This document shows positions 46,852 through 56,443 of a stretch of DNA of 64,000 nt, one piece after another. The stretch covers positions 485 to 64,484 of the forward strand of contig CAVSLE010000002.1 of the NCBI GenBank assembly GCA_963728805.1. Reading direction: 5' to 3'. The notes beneath the pieces were generated by a model. The model was not told the origin of the DNA, searched no databases, and was given only the letters and a program-made list of their open reading frames with translations. This DNA is from an uncultured Acidobacteriaceae bacterium (GTDB taxonomy: Bacteria; Acidobacteriota; Terriglobia; Terriglobales; Acidobacteriaceae). A program made the translations under genes and the position numbers. How positions within the stretch are numbered: position 1 is the stretch's first letter; every line of letters starts with the position of its first letter.

Positions 46852-48540
46852 ATGTCCAACCCAAGCATTCCAGATTCCCAGCCCACGGCCGAACCCGACG
46901 AGTCATTCGGTGAGCTTCTGTCGCAGTTCGAGCAAAGCCATTCGCGTAAAACTGAAGACGGCAGCAGACAAATCCAAGGCACGGTGATCGCCGTCTCTCC
47001 CGAGTCTGTTTTTCTGGATATCGGTTTCAAGAGCGAAGGCATCCTTCCGCTGGCAGCATTCCAGAGCGCCGGCGAGGAAGTAAAACCCGGCGACAAACTG
47101 ACGGTCTCCGTTAAAGGCCGCGATCCTGACGGCTACTACGAGCTTTCGCGCTTCAAGACTGCCGTACCGAAAGACTGGTCGGCGCTGGAACGGGCCTTTG
47201 CCGATAAGTCCACAATTATGGGCACGGTGACGGCCGTCATTAAAGGCGGGCTCAGCGTGGATGTCGGGGTGCGAGCGTTTATGCCGGGTTCGCGCAGCGG
47301 AGCGCACGACGCCGTCGAGATGGAGAAGCTGGTGGGGCAGGAGATCCGCTGCCGCATTATCAAGCTCGACGTGACCGACGAAGACGTGGTGGTGGACCGC
47401 CGCGTCGTGACGGAGGAGGAAGAGCGCAGCGGGCAGCAGCGCCGGTATTCGGAAGTCAAGGAAGGCGAGACGGTGCATGGCACGGTCCGCAGTCTCACCG
47501 ATTACGGCGCCTTCGTTGACATTGGCGGAGTGGACGGGCTGCTGCACGTCGGCGACATCGCCTGGAGCCGGGTTGCCAAACCTTCCGATGTGCTTTCCGT
47601 GGGCCAGGAGATCGAAGCCAGGGTGCTGAAGATCGATCCTGAGAAGCGCCGCATTTCGCTGGGGCTGAAACAGATCCAGGCTAATCCATGGCATTCGGCG
47701 GCCGAAAAATACAGGGCAGGCGAGCGCGTGCGAGGCACAGTGACGCGTGTGGCTGACTTCGGTGCGTTTGTAGAGCTGGAGCCCGGCATCGAAGGCTTGG
47801 TCCACGTTTCCGAGATGTCTTGGGCCAAGAAGGTGCGGCAGGCCAGCGACGTTGTGAAGCCGGGCGAAGTGGTTGAAGTGGTTGTCCTGACGGTCAGCCC
47901 AGGCGAACGCCGCATCTCTCTGGGACTCAAGCAGGCGCTGGGAGATCCGTGGACTGAGGTAATGCAAAAGTTTGGCGTCGGCTCGGTCATAGAAGGATCG
48001 GTCACCAGCATTACCAACTTCGGCGCATTCGTGCAGCTTTCCGAAGGCGTGGAAGGAATGATTCACGTCAGCGAAATCAGTGCCGAAAAGCGCATCAATC
48101 ATCCGCAGGAAGTGCTGAAGGTTGGGCAGGTGGCTAAGGCCCAGGTCCTGGCGATCGACAAAGACCGGCGGCTGTTGCGGCTGAGCATGAAGCAATTGGT
48201 TCCCACCAGCCTGGATGAATATATTGCCGAGCACAAAGAAGGCGATGTGGTCACGGGGCGCATGGTCGAGATTTCCGACGGGCGCGCTCGGGTGGAACTC
48301 GGCGAAGGCATTCAGGGCACGTGCCAAATCGCCGCGCAGGGTACGACGAAGGATGAGACACGAAGGGCAGGGAAGGCGGATTTGTCGGCGCTGAGTTCGA
48401 TGCTGAAGGCGCACTGGAAGGGCGGCGCAGCCGGCGGCGCGTCCAAGCCGGAGGCCATTCATGCCGGCCAGATTCGCAGCTTTCGGATTACCTCGCTGGA
48501 TGCAGTCTCGAAGAAGATTGAATTACAGTTGGCAGAATAA
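46852..48540 (+). CDS. rpsA: 30S ribosomal protein S1
   Basis: 562 aa with six S1 OB-fold repeats (G.V..V...G..VD(I/V)G..G..H.S(E/D)(I/M)). Confidence 0.9.
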   Translation: MSNPSIPDSQPTAEPDESFGELLSQFEQSHSRKTEDGSRQIQGTVIAVSPESVFLDIGFKSEGILPLAAFQSAGEEVKPGDKLTVSVKGRDPDGYYELSRFKTAVPKDWSALERAFADKSTIMGTVTAVIKGGLSVDVGVRAFMPGSRSGAHDAVEMEKLVGQEIRCRIIKLDVTDEDVVVDRRVVTEEEERSGQQRRYSEVKEGETVHGTVRSLTDYGAFVDIGGVDGLLHVGDIAWSRVAKPSDVLSVGQEIEARVLKIDPEKRRISLGLKQIQANPWHSAAEKYRAGERVRGTVTRVADFGAFVELEPGIEGLVHVSEMSWAKKVRQASDVVKPGEVVEVVVLTVSPGERRISLGLKQALGDPWTEVMQKFGVGSVIEGSVTSITNFGAFVQLSEGVEGMIHVSEISAEKRINHPQEVLKVGQVAKAQVLAIDKDRRLLRLSMKQLVPTSLDEYIAEHKEGDVVTGRMVEISDGRARVELGEGIQGTCQIAAQGTTKDETRRAGKADLSALSSMLKAHWKGGAAGGASKPEAIHAGQIRSFRITSLDAVSKKIELQLAE

Positions 48541-48556
48541 GCTGAAAATTCCGGAG

Positions 48557-48937
48557 CTATGCGCTTTTTAGACTGCGAACCGGGGCCAGCTCGCCGTCGC
48601 CCAGATAGGTCTTGATTTTCTCCAGCAGCGCGGGAAACATCTCTTCCTTGGGAAGACATTCCTTCACATCGCGACCGATGTCAATCGGGCCGTATCCCGT
48701 CACGAGGATAACGGGAATTTCGGGGCTGCTGGCGTGGACCTGTTTCGCCAGTTCCAGACCGTTCATGCCGTCCATGCGAAAGTCGGTGACCAGAAGGTCG
48801 AACTTCTGGCTCTTTATCTTGTTCAGCGCATCCTGCCCACTATAGGCGCTGACAGCCCGGTAGCCCTGCATCTCGAGGATCTCGCAACTCAAGCGGGCCA
48901 GCAACTCGTGGTCGTCCACAAAAAGAATCGCTTTCAT
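48557..48937 (-). CDS. Single-domain response regulator (CheY-like receiver)
   Basis: MKAILFVDDHE...DLLVTDFRMDGMNG...PVILVTGY. The start is set at the ATG at 48937; the longer ORF extension is unsupported. Confidence 0.8.
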   Translation of the reverse strand: MKAILFVDDHELLARLSCEILEMQGYRAVSAYSGQDALNKIKSQKFDLLVTDFRMDGMNGLELAKQVHASSPEIPVILVTGYGPIDIGRDVKECLPKEEMFPALLEKIKTYLGDGELAPVRSLKSA

Positions 48938-49183
48938 AGCACACCTATTCCGGGCGTTCGGAAATACACCGCCGCATATCAAATTGGTTTCGAGAGAGGA
49001 GCAAAAAGATGCCCGCGAGCCTATGTTTTTTTGGAGAAGCCGGGTTTGATCGGGAAATTCAGGGGAAACCGCGCTTGATGTCGGCATCATTGGACCATGT
49101 GGTGTTTGACCGTCTCAGAAGCGTCATGTACACTCAAACAGTTGATTCCGCTCTAGTACCACCTCGTAAGAGGCGCGTACGAC

Positions 49184-49260
49184 GGGCGGTTAGCTCAGTT
49201 GGTTAGAGCGCCTGCCTTACAAGCAGGAGGTCGCAGGTTCGAGCCCTGCACTGCCCACCA
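49184..49260 (+). tRNA. tRNA-Val (anticodon UAC)
   Basis: Hand fold: GGGCGGT-TA-GCTC-AGTTGGTTA-GAGC-G-CCTGC-CTTACAA-GCAGG-AGGTC-GCAGG-TTCGAGC-CCTGC-ACTGCCC-A-CCA. Confidence 0.9.
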
Positions 49261-49327
49261 CACCGTCACCCGGCGAGCGAATCAGCAGAGTGACACGTCC
49301 CCGGAGCGGGACAACAACCGCGCAAGC

Positions 49328-49404
49328 GGGGTCGTAGTTCAGTTGGTTAGAACGCTGCCCTGTCACGGCAGAGGCCGCGGGTTCGAGTCCCGTCGACCCC
49401 GCCA
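49328..49404 (+). tRNA. tRNA-Asp (anticodon GUC)
   Basis: Hand fold: GGGGTCG-TA-GTTC-AGTTGGTTA-GAAC-G-CTGCC-CTGTCAC-GGCAG-AGGCC-GCGGG-TTCGAGT-CCCGT-CGACCCC-G-CCA. Confidence 0.9.
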
Positions 49405-49520
49405 TCATTCCAAAGTTTGTTGGAATGGTGGCACAAAACTCACGCTTCAATCCAGCCACAGTAGAGCCGCGCGACTAGTTCGCCCTAGTCGCCATACATA
49501 ACAACCCACTTGTCATCTTG

Positions 49521-49565
49521 GCGAGAAGCAAAAAGCGAAGAGCGCAGAGCGAAAGAGCACAGCCA
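49521..49565. repeat. Purine-rich degenerate 7-nt array (gcgagaa gcaaaaa gcgaaga gcgcaga gcgaaag agcacag)
   Basis: Read directly, about 70 nt upstream of ftcD. Confidence 0.65.
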
Positions 49566-49633
49566 GGCTGGTAGGCCGAAGGCGGCGCGTTCGATTAGGT
49601 AACACCTGATGGCTTGCTTTATCCTCATCTCTT

Positions 49634-51106
49634 ATGCCAGCGCTCGTAGAATGTGTGCCCAACTTTTCGGAAGGCCGCGACAAGTCGCGGGTCGACGCCA
49701 TCATCGAAGCCATGAAGATGGATGGCGTGTATCTGCTCGACCGCGAGATGGACGCCGACCATAACCGCTGCGTCATTACGCTGGTTGGCGATCCGGTAAA
49801 GGTGGCGGAGGCGGCCATCCGCGGCGTTGGCAAGGCTGCCGAGCTGATTGACCTCACCAGGCACACGGGGGCCCATCCCCGGCTTGGTGCAGCCGATGTG
49901 ATTCCATTCATTCCGATCGAAGGCGTAACGCTGGAAGACTGCGCGGCCCTTGCGCGGCGCGCCGGCGAGGAAATATGGAAGCGATATCACGTGCCGGTTT
50001 ACTTGTACGAAGCTGCGGCGCAAACGCCCGAGCGCCAGAACCTGGAAAACGTGCGCCGCGGTCAATTCGAAGGCATTCGCGAGGAGCTGAAAACCAACCC
50101 GGCACGCAAGCCCGACTTTGGTAATGCCGAACTACACCCGACGGCGGGAGCGACCATCGTTGGGGCGCGCAAGTTTCTGGTCGCCTACAACGTCTATCTC
50201 AATACCCCCGATGTGGAGATTGCGAAGAAGATTGCCAAGGCCGTGCGCTTCTCCAACGGCGGCCTGCGTTACGTCAAGGGCATGGGTGTGCCGGTGCGCG
50301 GGTTGGCACAGGTCTCCATGAACTTGACCGATACCGACCAGACGCCCATCGCGCGCGTGTTCGAATACGTGAAGCGCGAGGCGGCGCGTTATGGGGTGAT
50401 GCCCGTGTCCAGCGAGATTGTCGGCTTGATTCCCAAGAAGGCGCTGGAGGATGCGGCGGAATGGTTTCTGCAAATCGAGAACTTCGACTCGTCGCTCATT
50501 CTGGAGAACCGCCTGGCAGCCGTGATGAGCGGCAAAATGGCGGTCGGCGGAATTCGCGGCGGCGTCGAGCCGTTCATCGAGCAGCTGGCTGCGCCGACCG
50601 CTGCTCCCGGAGGCGGCTGCGCAGCCGCTGCCACCGCGGCCATGGCGGCGGCGCTGGGCGCCATGGTGGCTGGAATGTCGCGCGGCAAGAAGGCTTACCT
50701 CCAGTATGAGGGCCCGCTAAGCGATGCCTTGGCACGGCTGGCTGAGCTGCGCGAACAGTTCAAGGCGTCCATTGACGCCGATGCCGAATCGTTCAATGAG
50801 GTGATGGCGGCATTCAAGAAGGCGAAGGACCATCCGGAAGCGCAGGCGGAGGTCGAAGCGGCGACGAAGAAGGCGACGCTGGTTCCGCTGGTGGTTGCCG
50901 AACGGGCAAGGGAAGTGCGGCAGATTATTGAATCCCTGCGGCCAATCACCAATCCGAAGATGGCATCGGACCTGACCGTGGGCGTGAGCCTGGCGCGGGC
51001 GGCCAGTGAGGGCGCGCTGGCGAACGTGGAAATCAACCTTTCCGATATCAAAGACGAGGCTTTTGTTGCAGACATGCGGCGGCGGGTGGCGGCATTGAAG
51101 CAGTGA
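49634..51106 (+). CDS. ftcD: Bifunctional glutamate formimidoyltransferase / formimidoyl-THF cyclodeaminase
   Basis: N-terminus MPALVECVPNFSEGRD (formiminotransferase). C-terminal cyclodeaminase domain (PGGGCAAAATAAMAAALGAMVAGMSRGKKAY). Confidence 0.85.
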   Translation: MPALVECVPNFSEGRDKSRVDAIIEAMKMDGVYLLDREMDADHNRCVITLVGDPVKVAEAAIRGVGKAAELIDLTRHTGAHPRLGAADVIPFIPIEGVTLEDCAALARRAGEEIWKRYHVPVYLYEAAAQTPERQNLENVRRGQFEGIREELKTNPARKPDFGNAELHPTAGATIVGARKFLVAYNVYLNTPDVEIAKKIAKAVRFSNGGLRYVKGMGVPVRGLAQVSMNLTDTDQTPIARVFEYVKREAARYGVMPVSSEIVGLIPKKALEDAAEWFLQIENFDSSLILENRLAAVMSGKMAVGGIRGGVEPFIEQLAAPTAAPGGGCAAAATAAMAAALGAMVAGMSRGKKAYLQYEGPLSDALARLAELREQFKASIDADAESFNEVMAAFKKAKDHPEAQAEVEAATKKATLVPLVVAERAREVRQIIESLRPITNPKMASDLTVGVSLARAASEGALANVEINLSDIKDEAFVADMRRRVAALKQ

Positions 51107-51204
51107 TCTTCCGCGCTTTCGCGCGTCCAATCCAAGTGATGCTAGCAGCCGTAAAGCAACGGACGCTAACAATCCCGCATCTCCCATGATTGTCGAGTAA
51201 AATT

Positions 51205-52146
51205 ATGAGCATGAAGCAGTTCCTCACAGCCCTTTTTCTGAGCGCCGTTTTCTGCCTGCCTGCATTCTCGGCGCCTCTCAGCAGCAATGCCCGCACCGTG
51301 GTTCCTTCGGCGGTCCAGCAGATTATCTCGATCGATTACCGCGCGCTGCGGGATTCGCCATCGGCCCACGCCCTTAAAGACCGCGTGTTGCCCGACGACC
51401 TGAAGCAATTCGAGACCGCTCTGAAGGGCGCCGGCATTGATCCCGAAAAGGACATGGAACAGCTCACCTTCGTGATTTACCGGCCGGCCAAAGGCGGCCT
51501 GCGCAGCATCGGCATTGCCCAAGGTCCGTTTAAGCAGAAAGAATTCCTGCAGAAGATGCGCCTGAAGAAAATCAAGCCGGAGAAGTATCTGCTGTCCTAC
51601 GTGTACCCGATGGGCACGGACATGCACCTGGTGTTCCTCGATCCCAGCACCATCTTGTTCGGCGAGATTGCTTCCATCAAAGGCGCAATCGACGTGCGCG
51701 ACAACGGTGCTGAGTCATTGGAATCCAACAACACGATTGGCGATTTGGTCACCAGCGTGGAAGGCGCGTCGATCTGGAGCGTGCTCGATCAGTTAGGGAC
51801 GCAGAACATGATGAGGTCGGCGCTGGGGCAGGCGGCTTCTGTCAGTGACTACGACGTGGTCAGAAAACGGCTGCTGGCGTCCGATTACGCCATGAACTTC
51901 ACCAATGGAGTGACCTTCGACCTGAACGTCAAGACTTCCGACACCATGACCGCCGCCACCGTCGCCTCGCTGCTCAAGGCAGGTGTGGTGTATCGCAAGA
52001 TGTCGGCCACCCCCACGGAGAAACTGGCGCTGGACAGCACAACGGTTGACAACTCACACGATATGCTGCAAATGCACTTTAAGACCGACGATCAGCGCTT
52101 CACCTCGCTGCTGAAGTCGGACCTGTTCGCTGCGGTATCGAAATAA
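51205..52146 (+). CDS. Secreted hypothetical protein
   Basis: Signal peptide (MSMKQFLTALFLSAVFCLPAFSA). Coding-like composition, no recognised domain. Confidence 0.55.
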   Translation: MSMKQFLTALFLSAVFCLPAFSAPLSSNARTVVPSAVQQIISIDYRALRDSPSAHALKDRVLPDDLKQFETALKGAGIDPEKDMEQLTFVIYRPAKGGLRSIGIAQGPFKQKEFLQKMRLKKIKPEKYLLSYVYPMGTDMHLVFLDPSTILFGEIASIKGAIDVRDNGAESLESNNTIGDLVTSVEGASIWSVLDQLGTQNMMRSALGQAASVSDYDVVRKRLLASDYAMNFTNGVTFDLNVKTSDTMTAATVASLLKAGVVYRKMSATPTEKLALDSTTVDNSHDMLQMHFKTDDQRFTSLLKSDLFAAVSK

Positions 52147-52177
52147 GCGCGGTCGCAGCGTTTATAATCGAGTCGCA

Positions 52178-53827
52178 TTGCGACACGCTCTCATCCCCTT
52201 CGCTCGCTCTGGCCTTTTTCTTCTGGCCATGCTGGGCCTGTTTTGTCATTCCGGCTCGGGCCAGACGCCTGGATCCGCCACCCGCACCGTCATGGTGATG
52301 TTATTTGAAAATCAAACCACCGCTCCCGGGCTGGAGTGGATCGGTGAGGCTTTTCCCGAAGTCCTGTCGCAGCGTATGCAGTTACCCGGACTCTACGTCA
52401 TCAACCGCGATGATCGCAGCTACGCCTTCGACCATGCCGGCATTCCGCTGACCGTTCGGCCGTCGCGCGCAACGGTCTATCGCATCGCTGAACAAATGGA
52501 TGCCGACTACGTTGTGCTGGGCAACTACAGCTTCGATGGTCAGACCTTCAAGGCCAATGCGCAACTTCTCGACATGAAGAAGGCGCACCTTTTTCCGGAG
52601 GTGCACAGCAGCGGAGCCCTGACCAGCCTGATCGACCTGCAGACTTTGTTGGCGTGGCAGCTGCTGCAGCAGATGTCCCCTCCCCTGGCAATCACGCGCG
52701 ATCAATTCCTGAAAACCTCACCGCCTATCCGCCTCGATGCATTTGAGAGCTATATACGCGGAATTCTGGCCACTGACCAGCAGCAGAAAATTCGTCAGCT
52801 ACGGAATGCTCTAAAGCTCAATCCTAATTACACGCTCGCCATGCTGCAGTTGGGCAAGACGTACTACGCCAACCACGAGTACGAATCGGCAGCTGCCTGG
52901 TTCAGCCGCATACCGAAGGACGATCCAGTCGCCGGCGAAGCCAACTTTCTGCTGGGCATGTCAGAGTTCTATCGCGGGAGTTTCGAGAAGGCGTTCGCCG
53001 CTTTTAACTTTCTCGCCGCACGGCTGCCGCTCACCGAGGTTTACAACAACCTGGGCGTGGTAGAGGCCCGCAGAGGCCGACGCTCATCGGCGGTGGAATA
53101 CTTCGTGAAAGCGGTCAGTGCCGACCCTAACGACTCCGACTACCGTTTTAACCTGGCGGTGGCATTGTTCAAGAACGGAGACAGCGCGGGAGCCGCTCGC
53201 CAGTTGCGCGAACAGTTGCAACGCAGCCCAAGGGATGGCGAGGCCAAGGCCCTGCTTGATTTGATTAACCGCGGTGGGACAGCTCCTCCTCCGGCCAACC
53301 CTAACGGAGCTGCGGCTTCTGGGACCGCTTTGCTGCCATCAAACCAGCCGCGCATTCCCATGGAGCGCATCAAGCGCAACTACGACGAGGCGTCCTATCG
53401 CCAGGTCGAAATGGAAATCAACAACCTTGCCGAGGCGCGCCTGGCCAAGTCCGACGGGCGCACTCACGCGGCCTATCACGTGGAACGCGGCAGGGAATTG
53501 CTGGCGCAGAACCAGGCCAACCAGGCAGAGAGTGAGTTCCGCGCTGCCGTCAGCTCCGATCCTAACAACGCGGCGGCGCACGCGCAGTTAGCACTTCTGC
53601 TGGAAAAGAAGGGCGATCTCGCGAACGCGCGCACCGAAGCGCAAACCTCAGTGCGTCTGCAGCCCAATGTTGATGCCTTCCTGGTTCTGGCGCGGCTTGA
53701 TTTGAACCAGAGCCAGTTACAGTCTGCCGCCAGCGAGGTGGACCGTGCCCTGGCGCTGCAACCTGCCGACCCGGCCGCGCAGGCCCTGAAGCGCGACATC
53801 GCCGCCAAGCAAACGGGTTCAAAGTAG
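52178..53827 (+). CDS. Secreted TPR-repeat protein with TolB-N/LpoB-like N-terminal module
   Basis: TTG start with a signal-like N-terminus. VMVMLFENQT...GNYSFDG module, then several TPR units (ALKLNPNY, AVSADPNDSDYRFNLAVALFKNGD, AVSSDPNNAAAHAQLALLLEKKGD). Confidence 0.65.
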   Translation: MRHALIPFARSGLFLLAMLGLFCHSGSGQTPGSATRTVMVMLFENQTTAPGLEWIGEAFPEVLSQRMQLPGLYVINRDDRSYAFDHAGIPLTVRPSRATVYRIAEQMDADYVVLGNYSFDGQTFKANAQLLDMKKAHLFPEVHSSGALTSLIDLQTLLAWQLLQQMSPPLAITRDQFLKTSPPIRLDAFESYIRGILATDQQQKIRQLRNALKLNPNYTLAMLQLGKTYYANHEYESAAAWFSRIPKDDPVAGEANFLLGMSEFYRGSFEKAFAAFNFLAARLPLTEVYNNLGVVEARRGRRSSAVEYFVKAVSADPNDSDYRFNLAVALFKNGDSAGAARQLREQLQRSPRDGEAKALLDLINRGGTAPPPANPNGAAASGTALLPSNQPRIPMERIKRNYDEASYRQVEMEINNLAEARLAKSDGRTHAAYHVERGRELLAQNQANQAESEFRAAVSSDPNNAAAHAQLALLLEKKGDLANARTEAQTSVRLQPNVDAFLVLARLDLNQSQLQSAASEVDRALALQPADPAAQALKRDIAAKQTGSK

Positions 53828-53997
53828 CTGAGTGGAACTCCTTTTCCCTTTGGGGAGGCAGTGCGATTATGACGCAAGAGTTTACAAATCCTTGACAAAC
53901 TTGTGACACGACAAGAGCGCGCCCCGGCTAGCATTTACCGTGTCAATCCCGCACTATACGGGCATTGTCCGGAACGCCATCCGAGGGAGACAACAAA

Positions 53998-55212
53998 ATG
54001 CGCCACACGGGGAACGAGTCGATCATCTCGCAATTTCTCGCCATTTCCAGCCGCCTATCATTTTGCTTGGCTCCACTGATGTTTTGTAGCGCCGTAGCGT
54101 TGGCACAGACTGTCGATTTCCAACCCAATCCCTCGGCTGGACCAAGCGGGATCCTCGTTCACAGCAAGTTTGGCGGACAAATCTTTGGCTTTGACATCGA
54201 TCAGAACGGTACCGAGGGCTTGCTGGCAGAGGCTAAGACGCTTCCCGACGGGAATGTGCTGGCCGCAGTTGAAACGTTTGACCAGGCGACCGGCCATATC
54301 CTCAACGTGGTGCAGCTAACCCAACCATCACACTCGCAAGATGATTTCATCACCATGGGCATAGTCGGCAACAGTGTCGGACTGTTCGAACACGAGATCG
54401 TATCAGGACTCTTCGTCAGCAGGCGTACCTTCAGCATCTTGAATCCGCTTGGTTCGAACCGCATTACCGGCGCCTGGACCCCACCCATCGGATCGCAGCA
54501 CATCATTATGCCGAGCGGGGTAAGCCGCAACCAGGGAGTCCCGAACGTTGCCGTATTTGCCTACGACAATAGCGGACAATTCACCCCGTTTGTATTCAGC
54601 TCCAACGTCGCTAACAATACCTTCGGTCCGGTCGTCAGGATTACGGACTCCACAAATTTTGGCAGCGTACCTCCGCCAATTGCATACGATAGCGTGACCA
54701 ACCAGGCGGTTTTGGGCGGAGGGACGGGAGCGTTTGGCCGCCGGCCCATTATTGGCGTGGTTGATCTCACCCAGGGCACGTTCACGGAGTTTACTGGTAT
54801 CGGATTTGGCTTTGTCAACGGCCTGGCCATCGATTCAGCGGACGGCATTGCCTGTAGCACGACAGAAGATGATGCAAACGTGGAATTTTACAACCTCAGC
54901 ACAGAGACCGGTTTTACTGTGGTGCTGCCGGGATCGGGTGAGCAACAATTTTACAGCGGCACCGATGTCGAGTTTGATCCCATCCACAAGCTGTTCCTGA
55001 TCGCTCAGCCTAATTCCAGCTCGGCGCCCAGCGGCAGCACCATCTACGTTTACGACCCACACGGAAATCTGCAGGAAACGATTAATGGATTCAGCTTCTC
55101 AAATACTTTCAGTGTGATTCCAGCGTACATTGCGCTGCATCCCAGCCTTCGGTCCGGATACGTAACCGGCCCTGACTCTGGCGAGACCGAGATTCAGGCG
55201 TTTACGTACTGA
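53998..55212 (+). CDS. Secreted hypothetical protein (possibly beta-propeller-like)
   Basis: GGGAGA lies before the ATG at 53998. Hydrophobic signal (LSFCLAPLMFCSAVALAQ). Gly/Ser/Thr/Asn-rich, beta-strand-like composition. No motif recognised. Confidence 0.5.
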   Translation: MRHTGNESIISQFLAISSRLSFCLAPLMFCSAVALAQTVDFQPNPSAGPSGILVHSKFGGQIFGFDIDQNGTEGLLAEAKTLPDGNVLAAVETFDQATGHILNVVQLTQPSHSQDDFITMGIVGNSVGLFEHEIVSGLFVSRRTFSILNPLGSNRITGAWTPPIGSQHIIMPSGVSRNQGVPNVAVFAYDNSGQFTPFVFSSNVANNTFGPVVRITDSTNFGSVPPPIAYDSVTNQAVLGGGTGAFGRRPIIGVVDLTQGTFTEFTGIGFGFVNGLAIDSADGIACSTTEDDANVEFYNLSTETGFTVVLPGSGEQQFYSGTDVEFDPIHKLFLIAQPNSSSAPSGSTIYVYDPHGNLQETINGFSFSNTFSVIPAYIALHPSLRSGYVTGPDSGETEIQAFTY

Positions 55213-55334
55213 CCAGCCATAGTTGAAAAGCATGTCATTGGCTTGCCAGGAAGTTGGGCTACCTTGGGCTAATGGAATTGTTGCAACACACATTTCTGAG
55301 GGTGCGTAAATTGTTGAACGAGGAAGAAGCAAAA

Positions 55335-55411
55335 TGGTGCGCCCTGAGAGATTCGAACTCCCGGCCTTCTGGTTCGTAGCCAGACGCTCTATCCAGCTGA
55401 GCTAAGGGCGC
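55335..55411 (-). tRNA. tRNA-Arg (anticodon ACG)
   Basis: Hand fold on the minus strand: GCGCCCT-TA-GCTC-AGCTGGATA-GAGC-G-TCTGG-CTACGAA-CCAGA-AGGCC-GGGAG-TTCGAAT-CTCTC-AGGGCGC-A-CCA. Confidence 0.9.
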
Positions 55412-55776
55412 ACGCGCGGGCAGCATTCAGCAAATTATACCAAACGCCAATGCACTCGGAGAGCGCAGCATCTTCCGCACGACTAATTGCACGGATCCTA
55501 CTCAACTCAAAAGGTCCCGCCACTTGGCTGCGATCTGAACGCGGAGTTATGGCTGGGTGGCAGCGTAAAGAACAATCACCGCGCGCTCAACTGATCCGGA
55601 CTCAGAGCCCGTTGGGTGGCCGATGGCAAAAAACGGTAACGATTTCCAGCCAGGCCGGACACTCCACGGTCGCTCCACTTTAGTGCCTTTGGTAAAGTTT
55701 TCCCGGTACCGGAAAGTTCTACAGTGTCTCCCAAATCAGAAGCTCGCTAAACCCTTTTGTTTCAGATATCGCCCTT

Positions 55777-55792
55777 TGGCACGCTGGATGCT
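55777..55792 (+). promoter_or_regulatory. Sigma54-type -24/-12 promoter-like element (TGGCACG-ctgg-ATGCT)
   Basis: GG and GC lie at canonical 12-nt register. There is one mismatch to TGGCACG-N4-TTGCW. No ORF follows. Confidence 0.3.
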
Positions 55793-55822
55793 CTATGTAC
55801 GGGCAGACGAAGTGGCGCAATA

Positions 55823-55886
55823 AGGGGCCGCTCGGAAGGGAATTTCGGCCAGAGTTCCCTTCATCGAGCGGCCCCTCAATATTTTG
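55823..55886 (+). terminator. Long hairpin (12 bp plus 8 bp) followed by caatatttt
   Basis: aggggccgctcg-gaagggaa-tttcggccagag-ttcccttc-at-cgagcggcccct (55823-55876), then a weak T tract. Confidence 0.35.
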
Positions 55887-55975
55887 ACCTCTCCCGAACT
55901 TCCGCCGCGCTCTTGACTGACCATTAGATCGGCAGAAGCGTCCCCGCGAGCGCGCAGAGTGAGAGTGAGTAAGAC

Positions 55976-56020
55976 ACAAAAGGCGAAGCGCTCCCCCAAT
56001 TCACGCGCTTCGCCTTTTGT
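55976..56020 (-). terminator. Rho-independent terminator, potentially bidirectional
   Basis: Perfect 16-bp inverted repeat acaaaaggcgaagcgc / gcgcttcgccttttgt with a 13-nt loop. The GC-rich core is flanked by T tracts on both strands. It lies 22 nt downstream of the stop of 56042..56269. Confidence 0.7.
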
Positions 56021-56041
56021 ATTGAATGTGAGTGGCCTGGT

Positions 56042-56269
56042 TTACACCAGCGCCAGCTTTTCGCGAATATCGAATCCCGCACTGCGCAGCAGTTTTTCCA
56101 CACTCGACTCGTTCAAGCGTGTGGCGTCGTATTCCACCCGGATAGTTCGTTCCGGCTCATTAAACCGCACCCGGCGGATGCCGTAAACATCGCTGACTTG
56201 TCCCAGGGCGCCCATTTGCATCTCTCCGGGTGACATTCCATAGCGAAACAAGACTTCGACTGCAGTCAT
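56042..56269 (-). CDS. Small HMA-like (ferredoxin-fold) protein lacking the CxxC metal site
   Basis: The 75 aa after the internal Met (MTAVEVLFRYGMSPGEMQMGALGQVSDVYGIRRVRFNEPERTIRVEYDATRLNESSVEKLLRSAGFDI) follow the heavy-metal-associated domain pattern, with GM-SPGEM in place of GM-xCxxC. Divergent from copA. Confidence 0.4.
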   Translation of the reverse strand: MTAVEVLFRYGMSPGEMQMGALGQVSDVYGIRRVRFNEPERTIRVEYDATRLNESSVEKLLRSAGFDIREKLALV

Positions 56270-56443
56270 CGAACTACCCTCGCGCAAACGTGCAATGATG
56301 ATACGGGGGGAACGGGAAGCTTCCGCCGCAACTAGAATGGCTGTTGGCTGGAAGTTTCGGCCTTCCGCAGCGAATCCGCAATCAATATAGAGCATTGCTG
56401 TGCCAATGAACAGCGCGAGCGCTTAGTTCAGGAGAGGGAGGGA

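Noticed and set aside
46903-48462. 519-aa ORF antisense to rpsA
   Set aside because: It is the mirror frame of a highly conserved ribosomal protein gene, with biased composition and no motifs.
53998-55411. Genomic island integrated at tRNA-Arg, and similarly at tRNA-Gly and tRNA-Val/Asp
   Set aside because: There is no integrase or recombinase gene and no direct repeat of a tRNA 3' end in the flanking sequence that I could find.
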